From positions 1 to 35,519 of IMG/VR virus record IMGVR_UViG_3300033412_000040: DNA of 35,519 nt; one strand, 5' to 3'. The translations under genes and the position numbers were made by a program. How positions within the stretch are numbered: the stretch's first letter is position 1; each line of letters begins with the position of its first letter. The notes beneath the pieces are model-generated. The model was not told where the DNA came from, did no database searches, and saw only the letters and a program-made list of their open reading frames with translations. Source of the stretch: a virus (lineage: Duplodnaviria; Caudoviricetes). Positions 1 to 6,835 of the stretch are shown here, piece after piece.

Positions 1-191
1 CGCAGGTTGCTCGGCTCCAGTGCGAGGTGCGGTGCATCCTTCATGCGCTGTACGTGGTCGACCCTTGCCTGTGCCGAGGTCAGCGAGACATGGCACACGG
101 TACATCTGTACCCGTCCCGTGCCACGATCTGCCTGCGCAGGGTACGCCATGCGGCCGTATCGTAGAACGGGTGCTGCCGCTTGTGCTTCAT
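1..191 (-). CDS. HNH endonuclease (HK97 gp74-like packaging nuclease), 3'-truncated by the window edge
   Basis: Not in the ORF track. My translation from ATG 191 is MKHKRQHPFYDTAAWRTLRRQIVARDGYRCTVCHVSLTSAQARVDHVQRMKDAPHLALEPSNL, with the FY..W..LR..RD.Y.CxxC...VDH...NL signature. Confidence 0.88.
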   Translation of the reverse strand, partial: MKHKRQHPFYDTAAWRTLRRQIVARDGYRCTVCHVSLTSAQARVDHVQRMKDAPHLALEPSNL

Positions 192-281
192 GCGCGGATA
201 TCAAGTAATTGGCCGACGCTATCAAGACGCCTGCCAACGCAGCGCATACCTGTGGATGCCGGTAAAGCAGGAGTTTGGATC

Positions 282-536
282 ATGCGAAGGTTGGCGTATC
301 TGGTGGTGGCGGGCCTAGTGTCGGCGGGGCCGGCGTGGGCGTCCGACATGTCGGGCGCGCTCGACATGATCGCTCCCGAATGTTCCAAGCCGGTTGCCCA
401 GTTGTCACTTGCCGAGATCGAGGAATGCCGGCATCTCCTCCGCTTCTGGGGAGGCGCAGGGCATCGGGACGCAATTGCGTCGCCGCCGCGGGAGCAACCC
501 CGAACCGTCGTGATCATTCGCGGAATGCCGCGGTAG
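282..536 (+). CDS. Small exported protein (84 aa, Sec-type signal peptide), moron-like
   Basis: AGGAG at 269-273 precedes ATG 282. MRRLAYLVVAGLVSAGPAWA-SD has basic, hydrophobic and AxA regions. Two Cys. Antisense to the late transcript. Confidence 0.65.
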   Translation: MRRLAYLVVAGLVSAGPAWASDMSGALDMIAPECSKPVAQLSLAEIEECRHLLRFWGGAGHRDAIASPPREQPRTVVIIRGMPR

Positions 537-641
537 AATACCCCGTAAATCGCTTCCCGTGGCCGCTGAGTGCATTCAACGGGTTTTTGGCTAGTTCGGC
601 ATGGATCCGGCAATCAGGCCGCTCTACGGGCCTTGAAACGC

Positions 642-672
642 AAAACCCGCCGCAGGGGCGATCCTGGGCGGA
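642..672 (-). terminator. Intrinsic terminator ending the late leader (tR'-like)
   Basis: Minus strand TCCGCCCAGG-ATCGCC-CCTGCGGCGGG followed by TTTTGCGTTT. Confidence 0.55.
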
Positions 673-685
673 GTCGAACCGTACC

Positions 686-780
686 CTCCCGACCCCTCAA
701 GGGGCTCGATCACATGTCGCGGCCAATTCGGCGGCCCAGCCGGACGTGAACGACTCCTGACCCCTCATGGGGCTCGATCA
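686..780. repeat. Two 27-nt direct repeats with an internal CCCC-N4-GGGG hairpin
   Basis: CTCCCGACCCCTCAAGGGGCTCGATCA (686-712) and CTCCTGACCCCTCATGGGGCTCGATCA (754-780): 2 mismatches, 41-nt spacer. Confidence 0.9.
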
Positions 781-805
781 GTGACAATTCGAAGGGATTG
801 CATAA

Positions 806-835
806 ATCATCCAAATAAATTCCACGGTTTGTCAA
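806..835 (-). promoter_or_regulatory. Putative sigma70 late promoter (pR'-like)
   Basis: Perfect -35 TTGACA (835-830), 18-nt AT-rich spacer, GATGAT (811-806). Lies in an AT-rich gap and points toward HNH and terS. Confidence 0.55.
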
Positions 836-964
836 CCGGTTTCTGCCCGGCGATCCCAAGCGGCGCGGGCGGCCTCGAATGCCGCGAAGCATTCGTCGCT
901 GTACGGATCGTGTTCGATGCGGGGGCCGTTGGCTCCGCACGCCGGGCAGCGGGCGAATGTGCGG

Positions 965-1915
965 TCATTGGGCGGCGCGGTCCTCGGCAAAGGGTTGCGC
1001 CGTTTCTGCGTCTGGCCGGAATACAGCCGCTATATGACGTGCCAGCGGCAGAGGTATCTTGGCGATCAGCGCACTCGCCGCCTTGCGGCCGGTTGCTTCC
1101 TTACGGCACTCGTCCAGGCCTTTGTCCCACCACGCCGCGCCCGAGCCGCCTTGTTTGACGCTCTCAATACCGCAATCGCGGGTAGTGAAGAGCGTCCCGT
1201 TGCCGGGGTTCGTGCGTCTGACGGAGGCAGTTTGAAAACTGCCTCCGCTGCCATCAAAGCGGAAACTTGGCACTTTGGTGGCGCTGTACGTGAACGGCAT
1301 CAGCGCCGGCACATCACCCCAAAGGTAGAAGCTGCCGAAGTTCCACCGCGCCCGGCCGACCCACGGCTGTGCTCCGCGCACGTTCTCGATGACCATCGGG
1401 ATATGCCGACCGGCGGCGATGGAAGCCTCCGCTTGAATGAGGAAACAGGCGTCGAACAGCCGGTTGAGGTCGGCCAGCTTTTGCCCGGTCGCGTCGGCCC
1501 GTATTGCCGCAGCCTTCGCCTTCGCCAGCTTCCACGGCATTGCCATGTAGCTGTATTCCTGGCACGGCGGCGAGGCGACGATAAGCGCCGCGTCCTTGAA
1601 CTGCGAACCGTGCAGCGTCAGCACGTCCTGAATCACAAGCTGGCCGGGATATTCTGCCCATCGCCCGGTCAGCGGCGCTTCTTTTACCGCGCACTGATTT
1701 GCATAATTGAAAGAACGGTTTCGACTACTACCGACGTTCGGGTTATTGAAATCGACCCCATCAGCGGCAACTTTGCGCGCCCCGCTATTCAGTACCCGTT
1801 CGGGGTATCGGTGCCTCTCGATGTCGAAGCCGACGACATCAAAGCCCTCGGCGAGCAACCCTTCGGCCCAGCCGCCGAGGCCGCAAAAGAGATCGATGGC
1901 AAGGGGGCGCGGCAT
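965..1915 (-). CDS. C5 DNA cytosine methyltransferase (orphan, phage type)
   Basis: Motif I DLFCGLGG, catalytic motif IV ASPPCQ, motif VI IENV. Confidence 0.85.
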   Translation of the reverse strand: MPRPLAIDLFCGLGGWAEGLLAEGFDVVGFDIERHRYPERVLNSGARKVAADGVDFNNPNVGSSRNRSFNYANQCAVKEAPLTGRWAEYPGQLVIQDVLTLHGSQFKDAALIVASPPCQEYSYMAMPWKLAKAKAAAIRADATGQKLADLNRLFDACFLIQAEASIAAGRHIPMVIENVRGAQPWVGRARWNFGSFYLWGDVPALMPFTYSATKVPSFRFDGSGGSFQTASVRRTNPGNGTLFTTRDCGIESVKQGGSGAAWWDKGLDECRKEATGRKAASALIAKIPLPLARHIAAVFRPDAETAQPFAEDRAAQ

Positions 1916-2157
1916 CTACCGCCCCGCCGTCTTCTGTGGAGGAATCACGAATACGCGCTTGATCGTGGCCTCCTCGATCACCCGAAGCGCGTCCATGATG
2001 ACAGCGGTCGAGATGCCTTCGATATGCCGGTAAATCGGCCCGCCGAGCTGGGCCTTGTGATCGCCTTCGCATATCCACTCGACATGCCGGCGCGCGACTC
2101 GGCGGCGCTTTTCTGCGCGAGCGCAAGCATCTCGGGATCGGGCTCGGAGGTCGGCAT
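1916..2157 (-). pseudogene. Frameshifted ~80-aa hypothetical gene
   Basis: The GC3-rich frame from ATG 2157 (MPTSEPDPEMLALAQKSAAE) switches near 2097 to a second GC3-rich frame (ARRHVEWICEGDHKAQLGG...PPQKTAGR). Its TAG (1916-1918) abuts the methyltransferase ATG. Confidence 0.5.
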
Positions 2158-2236
2158 CAGTCGAATCCCCATCGAAGCGCGAGCACCCAATCCATTTCCG
2201 GCTCGCTTGTCGCGCCGCAGAACGGACACAATTTGC

Positions 2237-2758
2237 TCATCGATCTTTTCCGTAATGCGCCGCCAAAACGCTCAGCGCGCCGAACAGCAGGTGCTTGGCG
2301 GTTTCGTGGCGCATCGCGCGGCCCGACCAGCCCTCGCGGCGGGCGAACTCGGCGACGGTGAGTTCGAGCCCGAGGACGTACCAGGCGGCGCACCCGCACG
2401 GGCTGGAGATGCCGCCGCAGGCGTCGAGCGCGGCGTTGACGCGGCGGCGTGCGTGCTCGATGGCGAGGCCGGTCGCGGACCTGCCGGAGGGGATGCGCTG
2501 CCCGATGTCGGCGGCGCGCAACGGATCGAGCTGGGCGAGCCTGAACCACTCCGCGAATTGTTCGCCGGCCAGGCGCTGCGCCCGGCCGATCTGGCCGCGC
2601 CGCTCCAGCATGCCGAGCAGGCCCTCGGCGACATAGGGCCTCCCGATGCGGCCGGCGCTGTCCGCCACCGTCTCGCGCGACCGCTCGACCCGCCCGTGCG
2701 TTAGGCGCTCCGGCGGCAGGGTGGCGTCCAAGGCGGCGAGGAACAGGCTGGCTTTCAT
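2237..2758 (-). CDS. DUF6456-like protein, putative late-gene activator/antiterminator
   Basis: L..L.RRG.I...Q..AGE.F...F and ARRRV..AL...G......V.G....V...AR..GW pattern. Occupies the lambda Q position after the replication genes. Confidence 0.7.
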   Translation of the reverse strand: MKASLFLAALDATLPPERLTHGRVERSRETVADSAGRIGRPYVAEGLLGMLERRGQIGRAQRLAGEQFAEWFRLAQLDPLRAADIGQRIPSGRSATGLAIEHARRRVNAALDACGGISSPCGCAAWYVLGLELTVAEFARREGWSGRAMRHETAKHLLFGALSVLAAHYGKDR

Positions 2759-2994
2759 TGCAGCGTGACCGTGTCGGCCTCATGGGCGATGACCGAGCGC
2801 AAAATGGTCGGCATGCCGTCGATGATCGCGTCGAGATCGCTGCAGGGCAGGTGCTTGATCGCGACGGCCAGGAAGTACGCCATCGCCAAAAACACCTCGG
2901 CGGCGTTGTGGCCGTCGAGCGCGTCCTCGATGTCCTCGACCAGATCGTCCCTGCTGTCGCGGTCGACCGCTGCGAGGGCCTCGGCGAAGGTCAT
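2755..2994 (-). CDS. Hypothetical protein (79 aa)
   Basis: Start moved to ATG 2994 (MTFAEALAAVDR). ATGA overlaps with both neighbours. Confidence 0.65.
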   Translation of the reverse strand: MTFAEALAAVDRDSRDDLVEDIEDALDGHNAAEVFLAMAYFLAVAIKHLPCSDLDAIIDGMPTILRSVIAHEADTVTLQ

Positions 2995-3146
2995 GGCGCA
3001 GGCCACGGCAGGTGACCGACGAGAAGTGCCAGCGCCAGGAACAGGATCGCTGCCGAGAGATGGTGCCAGCGGGGATGCTCGGGGATGCCGGTGGTCGAGA
3101 GCAGGGCGAACACGACGGCGATCAGGAGGCACAGGGTGGCGATCAT
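2991..3146 (-). CDS. Small two-TM membrane protein (51 aa)
   Basis: Below the ORF-track cutoff: MIATLCLLIAVVFALLSTTGIPEHPRWHHLSAAILFLALALLVGHLPWPAP. GGAG SD upstream; ATGA overlap downstream. Confidence 0.7.
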   Translation of the reverse strand: MIATLCLLIAVVFALLSTTGIPEHPRWHHLSAAILFLALALLVGHLPWPAP

Positions 3147-3253
3147 GGCGGACTACTCCGCTGCCTGCCGAACTGCGGCGGTAACAGCCGGTAGAATTTC
3201 CGAGATGTGCCTCAGACCTGAAGACTGCCCGCGTGTCTCTCTGTCGCCCCAAA

Positions 3254-3305
3254 CCCCCGTGTGTCTCTTCCCCCCTATAGGGGGGGAGAGAGACACACGT
3301 GGGGG
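3254..3305. repeat. Long imperfect palindrome next to the helicase 3' end
   Basis: CCCCC-GTGTGTCTCT-TCCCCCC-TATA-GGGGGGG-AG-AGAGACACAC-GT-GGGGG. Confidence 0.85.
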
Positions 3306-3327
3306 GCTCCTGGGCGGGCGTGGCCGA

Positions 3328-3360
3328 ATGTGGGACGGATGTGCGACGCATGTGCGACGG
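3328..3360. repeat. Iteron-like 11-bp tandem repeats, cluster 1 (3 copies)
   Basis: ATGTGGGACGG ATGTGCGACGC ATGTGCGACGG. Confidence 0.85.
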
Positions 3361-3380
3361 TTCATAGGATACGCCTTTAC

Positions 3381-4907
3381 TCACATAAGTCTCAAACGAG
3401 CCCGGGGATCGGAGGGCCGTCCATAACTCTCGGTTGAAATGCGGCCACTGCGCAGCAAACGTTGCATTGCCGCCTCAAATGCCGGCTTGCCGAGCCCTTC
3501 GCGGTCGGCATGTCTGGCGAAGACGTGCGGCGCGTAGTTGCGCGCGGTGAGGTTGGGGCACGTCCACGTGCCGCTGCTGTAGGTGCTGGCCAGGATCGCC
3601 AGGAACACGCGCTCGGCCTTGGATGCCTGCGCCATGCGGTCGACCGAGCCTGGCTCGTCGAGGGCGACGAAACCGCCCGGTTGCCAGCGTACCCGGAGCA
3701 CGTCGCCGGCCCCGGCATAGTTTGCCTTCATCTTGGAGAGCGTGCGCTCGTCGGGGTCGGCGTCTTCGTCGGTTGCGCGGGCAAAATAGAACCGGGACCG
3801 CACGGCATTGTGCCAGTGGGTCGAGCCGGACAGACCGGAGCCGGTCGCGATGCCCGATGCGCTGGGATGTCCGAGCAGCAAGACGGCGCCGTCCATCCTG
3901 ATGGCGAGTTGGCGTAGCAGCAGGATGAAAGCGTTGACCTGCCGCCGACGAATCTCGTCGCCGCCGAACAGGTTGGTGACAGCGTCGAGGATCAGGAGCC
4001 GAGCCTTGTAATTCAGCACGATACGTTCGAGTTCGCGAAAGTACGGGGTTGGCTGGATCGTGCCGGTTTCGTCGACCTCGACCATCTCCGCTTCGTCGCC
4101 GAGCACGCTGCGCCAATGCATGTCGGAAAGCGTTTCAGGCGAAGCCTGGGTCAGTGCGGCAATGCCGTGCAGCCGGCGGTGCAGCTCGTCGTCGTCGTCC
4201 TCCGCATAGAACCCGATCGAGCGGCATTGCACGACCGGCAGGCCGAGCCAGAGCGTTCCGCCCGAGGCCGACGCCTGCAGTTGCATCGCGATCTGGGATT
4301 TTCCGGTGCCGCCATCACCCGTCAGTAGCGTGACTTGGCGCGACGGCAACCATTCGGGAACAATCCACGGTCTGGTGGGAGCCGGCCTCGCAGCGACGTC
4401 AGCCGCACAAACTAAGGTGAGCGACGCATGTGGGACCGCGCCAAATATGTGCGACGCATGTGCGACGCTCGCCGACATCGACTCGGCGGGATTGTTGGCG
4501 GCATCGATAACGCGAGTGGCGGCTGCGATGGCGATCCGGCGGAAGTGAACCTCTTTGATCGCCTTGGCATAGAACGGGGCGTTGCTGGGCGGCCCGGCGG
4601 CTCGGATGAGCGTCGCGATATAACCGGCGGTGCCGCCCATCGAGGCCAGTAGCGGCTCTTCGCCCAGGCAATGCTTGAGCATCACCGGGTCGGGATTGGC
4701 TCCGGCGGCGATCAGCGTGGCTGCGGCTTTGAAAATCCTACTGTGGATCGCGTTGGCGAAGTGCTCCGGCAGCAGCGTGTTTTCGATGCTCTGATAGGCG
4801 GCGGGATTGACTAAGACAGCGCCCAGGAGCGCTTGCTCGGCCTCGATGTCCACGGGCGGCTCCCGTGCAGGCTCGGGATGGCGAAACGGGATGACGGAAT
4901 CAGGCAC
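3381..4907 (-). CDS. Replicative helicase: DnaB N-terminal domain fused to a RepA-like AAA_25 (SF4) ATPase
   Basis: N-terminal P.DIEAEQALLGAVL...PEHF...H..IF (DnaB_N). Walker A GDGGTGKS, Walker B LLILD, plus GH.S and SGST.W.N..R. GTG 4907 follows a GGAGGA SD. Confidence 0.85.
   Translation of the reverse strand: MPDSVIPFRHPEPAREPPVDIEAEQALLGAVLVNPAAYQSIENTLLPEHFANAIHSRIFKAAATLIAAGANPDPVMLKHCLGEEPLLASMGGTAGYIATLIRAAGPPSNAPFYAKAIKEVHFRRIAIAAATRVIDAANNPAESMSASVAHASHIFGAVPHASLTLVCAADVAARPAPTRPWIVPEWLPSRQVTLLTGDGGTGKSQIAMQLQASASGGTLWLGLPVVQCRSIGFYAEDDDDELHRRLHGIAALTQASPETLSDMHWRSVLGDEAEMVEVDETGTIQPTPYFRELERIVLNYKARLLILDAVTNLFGGDEIRRRQVNAFILLLRQLAIRMDGAVLLLGHPSASGIATGSGLSGSTHWHNAVRSRFYFARATDEDADPDERTLSKMKANYAGAGDVLRVRWQPGGFVALDEPGSVDRMAQASKAERVFLAILASTYSSGTWTCPNLTARNYAPHVFARHADREGLGKPAFEAAMQRLLRSGRISTESYGRPSDPRARLRLM
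4417..4468. repeat. Iteron-like 11-bp repeats, cluster 2 (4 copies) inside the helicase linker
   Basis: GTGAGCGACGC ATGTGGGACCG n8 ATGTGCGACGC ATGTGCGACGC. The 21-mer at 4447-4467 is identical to 3339-3359. Confidence 0.85.
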
Positions 4908-4983
4908 GGCTTGTCCTCCGGTTGGCCCGGAAGCGGCCTGCAACAAGGCGCACCTCGCCCGTGGCAAGAAACGCTCTTGCTAA

Positions 4984-5077
4984 ATCCGGTACGATTGGGG
5001 CAAGCTGGTCTTGTTCAGAGATCAGCCGGTTTTCGTACCGGATATTCAGGCCCGCTTTCGAGCGGGCTTGTCTATTT
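4984..5077 (+). ncRNA. Putative structured antisense RNA ending in an intrinsic terminator
   Basis: ATCCGGTACGA (4984-4994) pairs with TCGTACCGGAT (5033-5043) around an inner GCTGGTCT/AGATCAGC stem. It is followed by GCCCGCT-TTCG-AGCGGGC and TTGTCTATTT. Confidence 0.4.
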
Positions 5078-5078
5078 C

Positions 5079-5094
5079 TGGGATAGCTCTCCCA
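5079..5094. promoter_or_regulatory. Operator-like palindrome GGGA-N6-TCCC
   Basis: TGGGATAGCTCTCCCA. The same motif occurs at 9928 and 10732. Confidence 0.5.
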
Positions 5095-5158
5095 AGGATT
5101 ACTCCACCGGACAGCGTAAGCGAGGCGCCCCGGCCGCGGCAAGCAAGGAACGCATCGG

Positions 5159-5356
5159 ATGCCACTCGGGCCGGGAAAATACGACGACCTCGCGACGCAC
5201 GCACGCGAGGCATCAAGCGCTGACGCCGTAATTGTTATCGTGGTCAATGGCGATAAGGGCAGCGGCTTCAGCGTGCAGACGAATGGCACGGCGGCACTGA
5301 AATTGCCGGCGCTGCTGCGCATCCTGGCCGACGCTATCGAGCAGGACATGGCGTAG
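5159..5356 (+). CDS. Small hypothetical phage protein (65 aa), opposite to the surrounding operon
   Basis: AAGGA SD. MPLGPGKYDD...VIVIVVNGDKGSGFSVQ...LPALLR has globular composition and resembles small phage proteins I recall (unverified). Confidence 0.65.
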   Translation: MPLGPGKYDDLATHAREASSADAVIVIVVNGDKGSGFSVQTNGTAALKLPALLRILADAIEQDMA

Positions 5357-5405
5357 GCTCCAGCGAGGCGCCCCGCCTGCGGCAACAAGGATTGCGCGCC
5401 CGCGC

Positions 5406-5630
5406 TCACTTCGCCGGCCCCCGGACCACGCCGACCCGATGGTTGCGCATCCGCGCCAGGTGCGCCGCAACGGCGGCGGCCAGGTCGGCACAGAGCTGCG
5501 CCGCGACCTCGAGCGGCAGCTCGGCGACCCCGAGCGGTGCCTCGACACCGGCGACGTAGACCGAGACCCTGATGCGGCGCCCGTCGTCCGACAGGACAAC
5601 GCGGTTGGGCGGACTCGGGGCGGCGCTCAC
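5406..5630 (-). CDS. Hypothetical protein (74 aa)
   Basis: GTGA overlap with the upstream gene; GC3-rich. Confidence 0.6.
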   Translation of the reverse strand: MSAAPSPPNRVVLSDDGRRIRVSVYVAGVEAPLGVAELPLEVAAQLCADLAAAVAAHLARMRNHRVGVVRGPAK

Positions 5631-5851
5631 TGCACGCGCTCGACGGCGTCGATCACGGCGCGCAGTTGCCGCGCGACCGCGGGATTGTCGGAGGCCGCAC
5701 GTGTCAGCACGGCCACGATGCGCTCGCGCTCGGCGGCGATAGCCAGCGCGATGTGATGCGGCAGCCCGCTGGCGGGATCGGCCAGCCAGCGCTGCATCGC
5801 CGCTTTGCCGGCGTCCAGGTCGCGTGCGGTGTGGCGTCGCTCGTCAGCCAT
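5627..5851 (-). CDS. Hypothetical protein (74 aa)
   Basis: Overlaps both neighbours; contains AIAAERERI, a helix motif common in small phage proteins. Confidence 0.6.
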   Translation of the reverse strand: MADERRHTARDLDAGKAAMQRWLADPASGLPHHIALAIAAERERIVAVLTRAASDNPAVARQLRAVIDAVERVQ

Positions 5852-6104
5852 CGACGCCGTCCAGGTACATCAGGGCCAGCTCGTGCACATGCTTGGCGTG
5901 CAACCGCAGCAGCCGCTCGCGCAGCAGATCGCCCTCGGCGCGGTCACCCTCCACACGGTGCCCGGCGAGCCATATCGCGGTCATGTCGGCGATGACCGCC
6001 CCCTGCAGCTCGGGCGATCGGCCCGCCAAAATCGGCGCGATGCAGTCCATGAGCGCGTCGGCCGCCGCGGCGAACGCGACCGCATCGGCGTCGGGTGAGC
6101 TCAT
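5844..6104 (-). CDS. Hypothetical protein (86 aa)
   Basis: Start moved to ATG 6104 (MSSPDADAVAF...LAGRSPELQGAVIADMTAIWLAGH), an ATGA overlap with the PEP-CTERM stop. Confidence 0.65.
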   Translation of the reverse strand: MSSPDADAVAFAAAADALMDCIAPILAGRSPELQGAVIADMTAIWLAGHRVEGDRAEGDLLRERLLRLHAKHVHELALMYLDGVDG

Positions 6105-6820
6105 CCGAGGCGCCGCCGGCGCCCCAGCATTCCCAGCCCCAGCAGCGCACCGCCCAGGAGCGCCAGCGAGCCCGGCTCGGGCACCGCGGCGGCGCTCTTG
6201 ATCTCGGTCTGGCCGCGATTGAGCAGGGTGGCCCCGGCGGTAAGGGTGCCGCTCGCCTGTTCGGTCATGGAGAACAGCGCGCCGTCGCTCACGGCGCCCG
6301 CGCCGTTGTGGCTGAAGCTGTCGGCCGCGAATATGGCGCTGCTGGTAAACGTGTCGATCAGAGAGCCCGGCGTGTCGCCCGCCGTATCCGCGCCCTGCGC
6401 GTTGTTCGGATCGTTGTACCAGTTGAGGGTTATGCTGGACCCGATGGCGTTCTGCCACACGCCCGAGCCCGCCGTGGAATATTGTGTTACCGGGCCGATA
6501 AAGTTGTTGTCGCCGACCGTGACCGTGACCAGGATGTCGGACCCGGTGGTGTTGATAACGCTCAAGCTGGATGTGTTGAGGATATCGAGGGACGCGCTCT
6601 TGGTGCTCGTCTGAATGCTGCCGTTGACCTCGACCCCGTTGATCGTCTGATCCGCCAGTTGAAGCGTGCCGACAGCCAGGTTGAGGTCGCACCCGGTGTT
6701 GTCGACGCATATCCCGGTTGTGCCTCCGAAGTCCCAGGCAATTTGCAGAACGGCATTGGCCGGCGCCATGCCGACAGCGAGGGCGATGATCGAGGCAGTC
6801 GCAAACACAATTGTACGCAT
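6101..6820 (-). CDS. PEP-CTERM sorting-domain surface protein
   Basis: Signal peptide MRTIVFATASIIALAVGMAPANA, Ser/Thr/Asn/Gly-rich body, C-terminal VPEPGSLALLGGALLGLGMLGRRRR. Confidence 0.93.
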   Translation of the reverse strand: MRTIVFATASIIALAVGMAPANAVLQIAWDFGGTTGICVDNTGCDLNLAVGTLQLADQTINGVEVNGSIQTSTKSASLDILNTSSLSVINTTGSDILVTVTVGDNNFIGPVTQYSTAGSGVWQNAIGSSITLNWYNDPNNAQGADTAGDTPGSLIDTFTSSAIFAADSFSHNGAGAVSDGALFSMTEQASGTLTAGATLLNRGQTEIKSAAAVPEPGSLALLGGALLGLGMLGRRRRLG

Positions 6821-6835
6821 GACGGTCTCCCCTGG

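Noticed and set aside
660-740. tRNA gene suggested by GGTTCGACTCC on the minus strand
   Set aside because: I could not build an acceptor stem, D-arm or anticodon arm; only a T-loop hairpin is present.
686-780. Mini-CRISPR array (27-nt palindromic repeats, 41-nt spacer)
   Set aside because: Only two repeats, no cas genes and no typical repeat end such as GAAAC or ATTGAAA(C/G). The position in a promoter leader favours a regulatory role. Not fully excluded without a repeat database search.
917-2704. 595-aa + strand ORF
   Set aside because: Antisense shadow of the methyltransferase and DUF6456-like genes in GC-rich DNA; Arg/Ala-rich with no motifs.
4984-5067. Hammerhead ribozyme
   Set aside because: CTGA and GAAA are present on the minus strand, but the CUGANGA core and three-stem junction are not.
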